A stretch of 64,000 nucleotides of DNA from Takakia lepidozioides (taxonomy: Eukaryota > Plantae > Bryophyta): the NCBI GenBank assembly GCA_030704615.1, contig CM060733.1:9858001-9922000 (forward strand), in the 5' to 3' direction. A program made the translations under genes and the position numbers. Below, in pieces: positions 1 through 13,179 of this stretch. Every line of letters begins with the position of its first letter. Within the stretch, counting starts at the first letter, position 1. The notes under the pieces were generated by a model. It worked only from the letters and a program-made list of their open reading frames with translations, was not told where the DNA came from and ran no database searches.

Positions 1-157
1 GTCTTAATCAGCTGATCCTGCCTTGCTTGTTGAGGATATTCCCTCAGGCAGCAGCAAAGTTGCAGTAGATAGACATCTATTAGAAGGAATTCTGCAATTC
101 TCTGAAACCAATATATTATAAACCCCCAGTTGCTGGCAGCCAATCATTTGATAATGA

Positions 158-182
158 CCAGAGAGAGAGAGAGAGAGAGAGG
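158..182 (+). repeat. (GA)n microsatellite in an intron
   Basis: Direct read: gagagagagagagagagagagg. Confidence 0.9.
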
Positions 183-335
183 AATTTGCTTGGAGGCCGC
201 ATACAATGGAAAACAACTGCAGCCAAAGATTCATAATCTTGATGGCCTTCTTAATCTTATTGACCTCCATCCAATCATGTTTCTATCATTTTTCCCAGGA
301 GCACTCAATCACTTGGCATGTGCCTGTGGATGCAG

Positions 336-3300
336 CGCCGAAAATTGGAGGTTTGCTGCAGAGCAATTCAAATTGAAGCTTGCTGACAGAGTTGTCGTTC
401 ATTGTGTGTAACCATCATCCTGTCCCACTTGATTGTTTTCATTGAGTTGAAGAAAACCTTAATACAAGAGCTCTCTCTTTCAGTGCTGGGTATAGTTGTA
501 TGCTCTACTGTTCAAACTCTCTGTAGTTGCAGCTGCTGGGTGTGTGCCAATAATTTTGAAACCCTGCAATTGTCTCTGTAAGGGATATATCCTGCAGTGA
601 GTATGCCCATGGTCAGATCGATTGGTCATTGTGGCCAACTTTACTTTGCTCTGTTACACAGACTCTGGGTCATGTGCAGATTTTGCAAGTATGTCTATTG
701 GAAATTTTTATAATGCACAGGGGGCTTTCTTAGAATCTTTGCTTATTGTGTTGTTTTAAGCTGATACCAGTTCTTGACTAATAGATAGTCATCTTAACAT
801 AACTGGGAGTAATATGTGCTTTAGACTATGGATCATTGCAGGCAGTGCATCCAACTCTGCTTTACGGACCTTCAATGGCGTTGATGTCATGGGACATCGA
901 CTTGCTGAAGAGGTTGGATTCCTCATCCCTCCCCCACTCCCCGCTTTAAGAATAGTTACAGGCCTGGTGTCTCTCACTAAGGAGTTATTTGCATTCGGCA
1001 GGTGCAAGCTGTTATAAAGGCCACTCCTGGTGTAACAAAAATCTCCTTTGTGGCTCATTCGCTTGGTGGCTTAGTTGCTCGGTATGCAATTGGTCAGTTG
1101 TACGCTCCTCCTGGTGGTCAAGATTTACTGCAGGAGAGGCAGGATTGCAACTCAGCAGATGGAGAAGTCCCAGTTGATGATAGTGAAGAAGGTGATGCTG
1201 TGGATGTCAGTGAATCAGCAGCTGTCGCTGCCTTGCATGGGAGTATGGCAGGACTGGAACCTGTCAATTTTATCACGGTTGCTACACCTCATTTGGGCTC
1301 CAAAGGGAATCAACAGGTATGATATTCTTGCACACTTCATATCATCTAGAAAAAATAGCTCCATATGTAAGACGTTCTACGCATGAAAGATTAGCAGGGT
1401 CTCAATGTATCGGCTTTTAACTCCATTGGAATGGACTTACTATGTCCATGTGCTTGTCACTGGGTTCCTACGTAATTTCCAGGGTTTAGCCCCATTGTCA
1501 CCTCTTTGTAACTGGTGAAGTCAGGGTCTGTGGCTGGCAGTATACCACTGCTGCAACATGTTGTTTTCGGATGGCAAATGGGAGTGGTTGACCCATGTCT
1601 AAAAAGACAGATCACTCCAATGTATATAAAGGAATAATAATATGCAAGTCATCGTTGTGTGCTCCATGAAGGGTTTCTGAAGTTTAACTGCTGGTCTTCG
1701 CAAGGTCCAGCTGTTGTGCAGTTGTCTCATGGTACATGGAATAACCTTGATTTAGAAGGGTCCTTAAAGCAAGCATAGTCACATCTGTTAAGGAGATGCA
1801 GAAGGTTTGTTGTCCTTGTCTACTGTTAAGTTGATGATGTGTCTGTGTGCGTGTCTCTCTCACTAAGGGGAGACTTTGTTGATTTTGCAGTTGCCTTTCC
1901 TGTTTGGGTTTTCGGCATTAGAGAAAATGGCACCCCTAATGGCTCATTGGTTCGTTGGAAGAACCGGCCGACATTTGTTTTTGTCTGATGGAGACAGTAG
2001 TCACCTGCCTCTTCTTCAACGCATGGTGTCTGATTGCAAAGAAGGAAAGTTCATGTCAGTGCTACCTCCTTTTGCACTTGTATGGATGTGGTTCTGCTAT
2101 GTAGAGACATCCTTGGGTAGTGTTCGCAGTAGGAAGGAACAATACTGTGTGTTGAGAGAGTGTGTGCAGGACTAGGAGATGGGAGGAGGTGGTGCCTTCA
2201 TGGAGTTTTCTCGGCAGTTTTCTTATACCTATTTATATGTGTGCATCGAGAGAGGGTTTGGCCGTGTCTTTGTTTGTATTGTACCTCTGAATCTGGTCAA
2301 GTCTGACAGGGTCCATGGTGGTGGTTGTTCCATTTGTCATGATTCTATTCCCTTTCTTTTACTACCTCTGTCAGTTCTGCATCCATCTAGTGCAGGATTC
2401 ATGCTTATGATGAAAGTGGTGTCCTTTGACCCTGTAGATCAGCCTTACGTGCTTTCAGGCAACGGACAGCATACGCGAATGTTGTCAATGACCGTATCCC
2501 TCTCTCCTCTCTTTAATTTTGACTCCGGCAGTCAGGATATGCCACAAGTCAAGGCATAGGAAAGTCCATCTAGAGGATGATGATCTGTCACCTTCCACTT
2601 AAATACCAGCTGGATCAACTCAAATATGGTTAACTCTCTAAGTTGAGAGCCTTGACTCTTCTGCCTCAAAGATATGGTTGGCTGGCGGACGGCATCTATA
2701 CGACGACTTTCAGAAATGCCTCAGGTGTGTGATGACACTTAATCTGTTTGATCTAGGGTGAGCGGTTGTGTTTCCTGTAGATATGAATAACATCCATAAG
2801 GGCTGATGAAGCTGGTAGGGTCATTGCATAATTCAGGAGTTGCCATTCTTTCAGTTCTTTGTCTCTTGAATGCATCCAACAGTTCTTGTTGCTGTTGAAT
2901 TTTCGCAAGAAGATAACACATGAACCTGTTGACCCCAAATACCCTCACATTGTGGGAGACGAAGAGACATCGCCATGTCCTGTGGGTCAAAGAAGCAAGG
3001 AGCCTGCATCAGATCCGGTTGAAGGTCAGCTCAGCGTGCCAGTGAACTCTCTTTGGTGCCTAGTTGTTTTGTCGGCATGCTAGGCAACACAACCACAGTG
3101 AGTGTTAGAGGCTAGAGGAGCAGTGGTGGCTTAAGCTCATGCTTTCTAATGCCGGCCCATAATTAATCATTACTCTATACCTTGTTAAGCAGATTGGCAT
3201 TGGCTGCCGGCAGGGGCAATGGAAATTTTGGGCTGAATGTCAAATACCCTGGTGAAAACCCAACCGCCAGTCCGGGTGGGTTAATTTACCATGCCCTGAC

Positions 3301-4082
3301 GAGTAGATTACTGCCAAAATTTCTATGCAAAGGTCAAAGAGTGCATTCTCTCAATCCCTGGTTGCGCTGCAATCACATACATATTGTGAATCCAGTGGTA
3401 GCCCCAGAAGGAATTATGGTGCCCTTTCACAGCTTGGCTGGCTGTATCATCCATGTACAGTACATGTCCACAGTAATTGTGCTAGATTGTCAGCTGTACC
3501 TGTGTGCTAAGGCAATTTCGGGATGAAAGCCTTCACTATTTGGGTTGCCCTTTTCACCTCTGGGTATTGCAGTGACTATGCCCTCAAGATATTTTATAGA
3601 AAAAGTTCCCTGGGAATGGTTATTGCATACATCTGTCTGCATCCTGAATTTCGTGAAACTCACAAGGATCTTGCCTAGTTTGCAGAAGAGATGCTGTCGG
3701 GCCTCCAGCAGTTATCGTGGCGGAGAGTCGACGTCAGCTTTTTGGGAGCTATCTCAGGCAACCAGGCACATAACACAATCCAGGTAGGTATTGTCCAGTG
3801 CATTAGGGTTCCAAACTTGAACGCAGACATAACAGGGGAGGAAACAGAAAGAGAGAGCCTGAGGTGGAGCTGGGAAGGGTGATCCTTGCAGTGCTGGGAT
3901 TTGATCCCTTCATTTAATTTTCCTAGGGTGTCCCTGTAGAATCTGGACCTGGTCTGCTCACTTGATCACATAAGTGAGGAGAGAGTTGGGCTAAAGAGGT
4001 GCCTTGATTGCAGGTCAAAACCCAGTCTATACATTGGGAAGGCGCTGACGTCATTCACCACATTCTCGATAAGCATTTCTAG
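336..4082 (+). CDS. DUF676 family putative lipase/serine esterase (alpha/beta hydrolase, ROG1/YOR059C-like); 5' exons lie upstream of the window. Approximate exons 336-403, 842-912, 1002-1316, 1891-2055, 2439-2493, 2671-2724, 2910-3024, 3686-3783, 4014-4082
   Basis: Spliced peptides SAENWRFAAEQF, RTFNGVDVMGHRLAEE, KISFVAHSLGGLVARYAIG (nucleophile elbow), NFITVATPHLGS, GRTGRHLFLSD, RTAYANVVNDHMVGWRTASIRR, LSWRRVDVSF...AHNTIQV; GT-AG borders; TAG at 4080-4082. Confidence 0.9.
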
Positions 4083-5932
4083 GATCGCTGTGATGCGTAT
4101 ACCCCAACTTTTTATGGGGGAATGGTATGGTTGATTGGTGATTGATTATACTTTCTTAGTATATCTTAAACTAGATTTACATTGAAGAGTGGAGGACATG
4201 ACTTTCCATGTAGCTTCTGCGATCGTTTCAGTTGTATCACCTCAACAGTGCCCTCGTCTTTGATTCGTATCAAGTTTTTTCAACTAAAGAATGTGGCTGT
4301 TAAATGCCTCGAGTAACTAGGTTGCCTCATTTGAAGCTGTCTTTTGGCCCTCACGTGAGAGCATTGAAGTTCTGATCCCTCTTTCATCTCATCCATGGCC
4401 ACATGGCTATGACAAACAATGTCTTGTATGAGGTTGAGTACATTCGTGTTACAGTTGAAGTGTAAAGACTAAGCTGAGAAGTTGGTGAGGGATCATACTC
4501 ACGGAGCACATGATTACCCAGTAAAAGTGGATGTCTCAAACTATTGATGACAGGCTTGACTTCAAGGCAACTGCCTTACTTGAATTGAGTCGATTCATAT
4601 TTTCTTTGCTCCACAGGGATGTTATGTGCGGTACGGATTCCATGATTGTATAGAAGCAAAGCAAATGGAATACCTTTTGTATAAGCCTCATGTAATAACC
4701 CATGCACCTTGGCTAGCCATACTTTGTCATAGTGCCTCAATACAGTGGCGCCAACTTTGAAAGCAACAGGCCTGAGAAAGGAAATGAAAAACTCTGGCAA
4801 AATTTGATCCAAAGACATAACTGTAATGGATTTTGCTTGCTGTTTCTGTCAAATTTGAAGAGGATTAAGAAACAGAATCGTTCCATCCCAGGTGATTGGT
4901 TATGCCATGGCATTTTCTGGGACTTCTCTACAAGCTGTTTAGGAAGTGGCCGGAGCAGCTTCTTTCTTGTTGTCTGATATACTTCAGGCACTAGTGATGG
5001 TAGATCTGGTTGATTTCCTTTGTTGTCCTCACATTTCCCTTTATGGGGTTTTATTTCTCCGCGTAGAGGTTCTTGTTAACTCTTCTCCAGTCACACCTCA
5101 TTTGGGTCTTTTATATAAAGCTTTGCCGAGTTGTTTTAAATCCATAATGCTCGTGCACCTGCCATTGTGGTGGTTCCAAGGTTCGTCATGCCGTGAGCAG
5201 CATTGTTTGCGAATGAGCAGTTGGTCTCAACAGTTCCAAGTGTGGAATAATCAAATTTCTGGTTGCATATATGAACAATACATCTCATCCCAAAGGACAG
5301 CTTATGATTTTTGGCACAAGCTGTCACATCCGTGGTGAAATCAGATTCGGCCATAAAATGATGAAACCCTGGAAGATTTTGTCCAAATCGGAAACACAGG
5401 ACGGCCCTCGGATTGCGAGTCAGATTTGTTCTGAAATTGTGGAGTGTAATTTGCGAATGAAATGAGCAGAATCAGATACTGTATAAGACTACATTTGTGG
5501 ATGAGCCTGCAGTGGTCCATGGAAGCCCGCCGGTTCCTCTAATCTGTGAAATACTTGCAGAAGTCCTCTTGAGTCTCTTCCAATCACAATTTTCAGGATC
5601 GAAACCTGAAGATCGTTGCGAGGAATTTGGGGGGTTATGATTGGCGTTTAAGTAGGGTATGGTTGCAACCTCGTATAGGAACTCCATCAAAGGTTTGAGA
5701 GACACAGAAGACCACACTCAGGAAAATTGGAGTGGATCTGATGGGGTTATGGAAGCACCGATTTTCTTGTGAATTGTGTTTCTCACCACGGCACTCAATG
5801 AGCTTGCATGTTGCTGCTCCTGTGACAATGCTGAGTTGTTGGATTTACCATGGGCGTCAAAAGAAATTCATCAATTCCAATTCATCTTCACTTGCGTACC
5901 TGTAGACAAAGTAGAGTTTGTTGTAGGAGACA

Positions 5933-8900
5933 ATGGGACGGGAGGATGGATCTCTCTCTCCGAGAGCCACGGAGGTTGAAGGAGAAGGGAGCGATGCATT
6001 CAGTGGCACACTTGCATCTGTGGCCAAAAATGCGATTGGAAGATCAGAAGGAGCTCCAAGCTGGGCAACTGTGGGCCATGAGGACACCCATGAAAATTAT
6101 AAGACTGCAAACGTGGGAGAGTTGGAGGGCAAACAATTTGACGGGTTTTTGAAAGCAGACCCAACGGCTGGCTTGGAAATTGGAAGCGTCCAAAATGAAC
6201 CAGCATTTTCTTCGTCCAGGGTTGGAACTGTAGCGGGCAATGAGAAGAATGACATTGAGTTACCAGCAACAAGGGGAGATGTGTTGCAAAATGTGGAGGT
6301 GATTGCTCCTCCAGAGATCGCAATTGCGACGGGCGATAACAAGAATGTCAAGGACTCGCCAGCAACGGACGCACAGGGTGGCATGGTAAGGGCAGTAGAG
6401 ATTTTTCAGAGCAAAGACAAAGAGGAGTCCCGAAACAAAGCCTCGGTAATCCCCGTCGCTAAAATAAATGATTCGAACTTGCTAACAGCTGGTGCACCGA
6501 ACAGCAGGGGAGTAGAAGTACCAGTGGTGGATACAATATGTCAACATGGGTCCTTGCAAGAAGATTTAATTGGTCCCAAAGTCACTGAGATTGTATGTGG
6601 TGATGTTCAGGATCTACAAGTTAGCAGCGTAAGACTGACAGAATTGTTGGGGAAGAAAGATAAAGGGGAGCGTTTGAAAGAAACGGGTATTGTGTCAAAC
6701 GTGGTCCCGATTAAGAAGCAAACTGTTTATGGGCAGACGGATAATACATCGGCAGGGGCGGATGGACCGGAAAACAATGAAGCTGAGGCGGAATTGGTGG
6801 ATACGAAAGATCAAGATCGGTTTTGGAGACGATATTTAACTGAAGAGAAAAATGACCAGGATGTAAAGAAAAATAGAGTAGGATCACCAGAGTCGTTGGA
6901 AAAGAAAGACAGGTCTTTGAAAGGAAAGGGCATGGGGTCAAAAGTGGGCCTCATTAAGAAGCGAATTGTCGGTGGGAAGAAGAAGGACATATCAGCAGGT
7001 GTTTATGGAAGGAAGGACAAGACTTTGGTAGGGACTGGTGCATCAGATGCACAGGGAAACAGAGTAGGATCACCAGAGTTGGTGGGGAAAAAAGACAGGG
7101 TGGGGTATTTGAAGGGAAAGGGCATGGGGTCAAAAGTGGCCCTCAGTAAGAAGCAAAGTATGGATGGGAAGAAGGATGAGACGTCAGCAGGGGTAACAAG
7201 CAAAAAATTAGTAGACTTGGCGGTTTTGGAGCTAAACAACAGAGTTGGAGTCTCAGATCTAAGGGTTCGGACTCGGAAAGAAACACCCAGGTTATGGAAT
7301 ATAGAAAGTCCCCAGAGTCCTATGAAGCGAGTTCTGTCTTTGGTGACAGAGAGAAGAGGTGGGAGTAAATCGCCACCAGCACATCGAAGAGTGCTTAAGG
7401 GAGGGCATATAACATTCAACTGGTCAAGTAGTGAAGTCGACGAAAGAAGGGCAAGTAAATCAAGTGAAATGGAAGCACCAGACAACAGAAACATACAAGA
7501 GGAGATACAGATCAATGAGTTGAGCGCTTCAAGGCCAGATTTAGGTAGGCCTTCACAAGACTCAAAGATTTTAAACTTGCAAGGAACGCACAGTCTTAAG
7601 GACAATCCGCTTTTTGGGTGTGGACCACAGGGTCATTGTTTTGATCTTCGAGAAAAGCCGGCATTAAAAAGAGTTGATGATGGAATCCATATCAGTTCCC
7701 CTCTTGACCCTGGGACAACTTCCTCAATTGTGTCATCATCCCCTGGATCCAGGAGCTTGTCGCCTCTGGAGAGAGATTCTAATTTAAGTGCTGTGCAGAG
7801 CAAGAGGGAGAGCACAATTGATGTCATGTCCCTAACAGACAGGCATGCAGATGGAATTGTTGAGTCTTCCTTGAGCCCTTCAGGGATTGATACAAATCAA
7901 TCAATTGAAGGAGAGGGCAGAGAGCTAAATGTCAATGTGCAATACAGCTCAGTGGGGAAGGTTATAGTATGTATGACGTGTGTTAAAGAGACAGTAGAGG
8001 TGACTTCAGTCGATGCAGAAGATAGCTCAGTGGGGAAGGTTATAGGAGATATGACATGTGTGAAGGAAAGGGAAAGACAAGGGGTGGAGTCGACTTCAGC
8101 TTCTGGCAGCAGAAGGGACCCCGAATGTAGTGTCTTGAGCCCTACAGGAGCTGAGAGAAGGGAGGTCTATAAAGTGCCAGAAAGGGAGCCCGATGTCTCA
8201 CCTCAAATGGAAGGAATTGAGAAGAAAATGTTTGTACAACCGGTAGGCTTTGTAATTGAAGCAATGGGGTTCCAGATCAAGCTCATACTACTTACTATCT
8301 ATTTTGGCTTGTGGCTTTTCGGTTGTGCACACTCATTGTTTGTAAATCCAGTTCACAAGACATTACAAGTCATAAGAATGATAGCTGGGGCAATTAGTGA
8401 CAGATCTGCGTCTGTGACACAAATGAGGCACTGTGAAGATGTGTTGCGAGTTGGGCCTGTTGTGAAGCAAACAAGGCAACAAGTGAGTTTTGGATGCTTG
8501 GCAGCAATTTATGTGTTTTTTGTGCTTAGCACACTGTTGATTCCGGCAATGCTTCTTGACTTCTTCTTTGTGAGGAGTCTTGTGGAGGAGCCAATTGAGA
8601 TTCAAGATTTGTTGCATTTTGATTACACGCAAGAAATTCCTAGTGCTGCAGCCTGTCTCCTGCCTCTACCTGTCATCATGAAAGAGAAGGGCTTTGCATC
8701 CAACCTTCCTGACACGGTTATCTCCACTCATGTCATTCCTACCTCACACAAGTTCCACGTTACTATCTTTCTGACGCTACCCGAGTCGGACTACAATCGA
8801 CAACTGGGCATGTTTCAGGTTTGATTCTACCCCATGTGTGTGTGACACATCTGTAGCGCAGAGGACACAGTAATTGTAGTGTGGGAATCAACATCATGTT

Positions 8901-10531
8901 TTCTAGCATGATGTTGATGCCAACCCTTTTCAATTACCAGGTTGTCATCAGCAAGCACCATGCTAGTCTGGCTTAGTACTTGCATTGTCACTGTAGGAGA
9001 CCAGTTTCTTTTGGGTTTGGATTGGATGACAGGGGCTGCATTCAAAGTTTTCCTTACTGATGGGTTAGAAACCCCACATCTGTCTCTAGAAGGTTTGATA
9101 TCATGTAGGGACTATGCCCTCAAGATGATGTCATAGCAGTACTCGCATGGAATGTTCAATAAAGTCAAACTGGCTACATTCTTCAGGTGATGTTTTGTGG
9201 AGGACTGGAAAGATATTTTAATGGATTGTTAGTTGGAAGGAACTACTGTATTTTCGAATATCTTACAGCCATGATTTGTCACCAAAATCAGCATAAAGCA
9301 GGGTGGGTCGAGGAATGAGAGGTGTCCCAACTGGACACCACCAGAGAGCTTGATAGGGACCAACAGTGTGAAGTGGGGACTCCGCTTTAATATACATAGT
9401 ATCTGTTTTGACTCCTCAGATGTCTTCTAGAATGCCCATTATGAGTTTACTCTGGTTGCTGAACTCAGCTGCAACGACCGCTTTCTGCCCTTAAGTCATA
9501 AAAAAGAGGCCGTAATTTGGATTGGTGAGCATGAATAGAACATCTTCGAGTAAGTTGAGATAGCTCATTAGTTGCTTCTTGATTCAGATCTTTTGCTTAT
9601 AAAGTAGAGAGTCAAGCTAGTAGAGGAAACCTTGCATCCTACAGGTGATGCGCTTTGTTCTTATCCATTTGGCACAAGTTAAGATGTTTTTGTTGTGGCT
9701 GTAGGGGAAATTTATTTTGTGGAGTGGGTCTCTTGGATATATTTTGTTTCAGCTGTGTTGTTGGTTGGATGTGTGACCAAGTGGAACAAAACTGAATCAA
9801 GGCCTTTCTGGTGGGATATTAAAACTCGGCAGGTCACAGCAGAGTTGCTGTCGGTGCGGGGCCAAGTGCTGCATAGAGCAAGCCAACCGTGCATGCTACG
9901 ATTCAATAGTGCACCTGTGCGCTATGCCAAGACTCTACTTTTGGGAGTCCCCTTGCTTTTGGGAATATGGGGGGAGTCACAGACGCTAGCAGTCCGAATC
10001 ATAAATTACGAAGAAGATGAAGTGGCCACAGCAAGTATTCGTGTTGTGCTGGAGCCCAAGGCCGGGGATTCATGGAGGTTTGGCCTTCCTGAGCTCTATA
10101 ATGCTGAAATAGAGGTGAAATCTCAGCTGCCATGGATGAAGGATATGGTCCGAAACTGGAAATGGACATTGTATGTATGGAGTGGGTTATCCTTGTTTGT
10201 ATTTGAGGTGTGCATCGCTCTTTGTTGTTGTCGCCAAGTCTTGATGCCAACTGTCCAGTTGCGTGGGGAAACTGGAGAAGTTGTTGTGCAGTCTGAAAGT
10301 GCAAGCTTGCGAATGCCTCGAGATGAAGGGTGTCCTAGGGAGGGGGGGAAACAAACTGGGACTAAGCGACGGGTGATTTTTCAGGATGAGCTTCCAACAG
10401 CACGAGTTCTCTCCGTACCCAACCACGTTTCTGTCAGCTCAAACGAGCAACAGCTTTTCAATGTAGGAGTTGACATTCCAACAAATACTGTTTCTAGTCA
10501 AGAGGGCTTAGCAGCCAAAGCAGGGATATAG
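5933..10531 (+). CDS. SEIPIN: Seipin (lipid-droplet biogenesis protein), two exons 5933-8818 and 9833-10531, about 1194 aa with a ~770-aa low-complexity N-terminal extension
   Basis: Plant seipin motifs VEEPIEIQDLLHFDYT, LTLPESDYNRQLGMFQV|TAELLS, SQPCMLRF, LPELYNAEIEVKSQLPW..W.WTLYVW; hydrophobic TM segments; in-frame CAG|gt...ag|GTC junction. Confidence 0.9.
8930..9060 (+). mobile_element. Degenerate gypsy aspartic-protease fragment inside the seipin intron
   Basis: CIVTVGDQFLLGLDWMTGA resembles VIVTMGKQLLLGLDWMSEA of the element at ~20955-21012. Confidence 0.55.
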
Positions 10532-10559
10532 GAGTGGGGGGGCTTTGCATTGTCAAAGC

Positions 10560-11540
10560 AAAGTAAGAGTTGAGTCTTTGGGAGATCGGCCAACACTAAG
10601 GCTAGCAACAGTTGGCATCTGTCTCCCGGAAAGAAAATCTTGAAGATGTTGATCAAACAGTAAGATAGGTGGAAGACACGGTTTGCTGTTTGGAAGAGCC
10701 TGTGGTTGATCAAGTCACAGAAGGGGTCAGACAGAGTCATTTATGAAAGGAAAGCAGCTATGGTTGCTGAGGAGAGCAGCAGGTTGTAGGCATAGAAAGA
10801 GTTGTAGAGCTGGTGGTCAGCCAAATGGCAGTCCGATGTGCAACTCTCTAACATTTCCAGTGGCGGGTCTCACTCATCCAATTTCATTGAACATGATGTC
10901 TCAGAGCAGGACCAGGTTTTTTAAGCAACTGGTGGCTAGGAGGACTTTTGAAATCACGGAAGAGACAATCCTTACCTTGTGAGAGTGTTCATGGGCTTCA
11001 CTGCCCAGTATGTAACATAATTCTAGTCACAACAAGGTAGTTAAGCATGCAGAATGGCCCATGACATCTGCTGAAGTCACGCCATCGACTCGTCAATGTA
11101 CTGGAGCCAAATCAGAAGGGGCTTTATGATGAAATCCTGAGCTCAGCTTTTGAGGGTCAGCCCAAATATAACACTGTCTAGAAGTTCATTCTCTACCTTC
11201 CTGAAGCTTGAGAGGATGTGGAAGGCTGCCCACACATCACTCCATCCATCAGCGTTGCTGACGTGTTTGCTACATGGATCCATCTGGTTTCCATTTCTCG
11301 GAAATAGAGAAACTCTCAGACACCATAAAACTACCCTCCACGAGAGTCAGCAGCAGCGTCTCGTCCCGGAATCATCGCTTCATTTCGTTCTCTTTTCCAT
11401 CCTCCCATGTGCAAGATCCTGTGGAAATTCCTTTGCTGTGTCCTTGTCAGTGACCCCATCCGTCTCTTACTTTTACCTTATCTGTCTCAATGTCTCTCTC
11501 TACGAGGACGTTATAAAATACCATTTCATTTCATTTCTCA
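10560..11540 (+). mobile_element. Probable degenerate non-LTR (LINE-like) 3' remnant ending in a (TTTCA)n tail
   Basis: Ends gacgttataaaataccatttcatttcatttc; the same terminus recurs inverted at ~51305, ~52825 and ~56555. Confidence 0.45.
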
Positions 11541-11760
11541 CTCTCTACGCGGAACAATGAGATAAGCAATAGCCTGGTACAGAGAAGACCCGGTTGAATG
11601 TTGAGACATTAGAGGATTTTTTCCACTTGGGTGATGAATTGAGTGAGCATCCATCTTCTTTGATTTGTGGTGCCAGAAAGCTACAAGGAGCTCGGATGCT
11701 TCGGAATTCAAGCTAATTTCAGCAACGGAGCATATCGATGACTGCAGGGTTTATTGAAGA

Positions 11761-12340
11761 AATGGTGATGATGGAAACGTTATATACTCATTCTTCTGTT
11801 GCTTCTGTATTGGAGCTCGGATGCGGTGGCGCAACCTATTCCTCCACGATGTGACTGCTGTGGAAAACTGATGCACTCAGCGAACGCTTTGGATTGGCAT
11901 TATCCTTCATCCGCCCCTTGCCTTCGTGCACTTGATGTTCCTTTTCACTGTTTCTCTCTGTATGCACCAGCACGAAGCAGTAGTTTGATAGCAGCGAGTG
12001 CCAATTAACAACGAGCGGATTCTCTAACCCATGTTGTCTGGGTTCTGGATTGTTTCGTAGGATTTACCGCAGATCATTCCACAGGGGTTGGACTTCCATA
12101 GTCAAGTAGTTTTTCTGCCCTTCCTCTGTCTGCAAAGATCTACCATGGCATCAAGCGGGCTTGAAATCTCGCGCCAGAATTGAGACCCGAGCAGGGCTAC
12201 AACTGCAGTCATTCTCTGAATACCAGGGGCTTTCTTTTTGGCAAAGAGTGCAGTTATTCTAATGCTGGGAGCTGCCCTCGGCTGTTTCTTGGGGTGCAAG
12301 AAAAAATTGCCACATGAGGGGAGCACGAAGGCAAGTAGGT
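11761..12340 (+). pseudogene. Decayed signal-peptide and transmembrane exons of the duplicated LRR-RLK; malectin-like and LRR exons absent
   Basis: ILILLLLLYWSSDAVAQ matches [16 protein letters not shown] (49422-49497) but is out of frame with the ATG and has no donor GT; LMLGAALGCFLGCKKKLPHEGSTK matches [23 protein letters not shown] (~55755-55828) with an upstream stop. Confidence 0.75.
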
Positions 12341-12745
12341 GCCACCAACCATCGCTTTCTTTCTCCCTCCTTTCTTTCAAATTCGTTTCCAGCCATTCTG
12401 AGAATGATACCCAATTTCTTGTAACTGGACTGTTGTCAGCTGTGTAGCTATATGGCAAGTTTGGGTTAAGTGTGCTTGGTGGACCTCTCAGGGTATTTCA
12501 TAGCCAGGGTTGGGAGAGAGTGGTCTCTACAAGCAGCCTGAAAACTATTCAATATGAAGAGTTCTCTAAGGTGGAGATCTCATGTAGATATGCAGCAGGC
12601 ATCGCTGATTTTCATAGTGAAGGGCCTCTGTAAAGGGTTTGGCTGTCTCTGAACAGGCAGTGGTAGCAGCACTTGATTTCATATAGAGCAGAATGAGAGA
12701 GAGAGATATAAAGTAACAGGAAGGAGTGCAGAAGTCAGAAATAAT

Positions 12746-13030
12746 ATACTCATAAGACGACATTTGCCGCAGCCACAGGCCATAGGCAGTCAGAAATAGA
12801 GATACACAGAACGTGTGATATCAACCCTCCTGGAGGGTTTGGGGTATTACCCATCTATTCATGGAAAACCGATGTGAAATAGCCATATGCTTGTGCATAG
12901 CCAATGATGATATAGTGAGGTGGATGAGGAAGGAAGTTAGATTTATTACCTCCCCTACAAACAGAAGGTGTTGGGACTTGGGACCAAAAGAATGTTCGCT
13001 AATCCAGAATATTAAAGCTCTGATGGAGTT
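12746..13030. repeat. Dispersed ~280-bp intronic repeat beginning TACTCATAAGACG; other copies at ~14130-14170, ~56870-57145, ~58730-59010, ~60965-61120
   Basis: Shared motifs tactcataagacgt...gtagccttgtggccat...acagaaactacctttgtcagggg between copies. Confidence 0.6.
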
Positions 13031-13179
13031 GGTAAGAGCCTGCCTAACAAAGCTCAAAGACTGAGTGACTCTATGTTTGTGACTGGCATCTTGCTGGAGT
13101 TTAATACTATTAATGAGTGGGATCCAATTCCTTTCCAAAAGCCAAACATCAGATTTCTCATATCTGTGGTGCAAGACAG

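Noticed and set aside
4576-4991. Minus-strand ORFs between the DUF676 and seipin genes
   Set aside because: Short, no recognisable motif or supportable exon structure; possibly a decayed TE or gene fragment
7003-7605. 200-aa antisense ORF within seipin
   Set aside because: Shadow frame of the sense CDS
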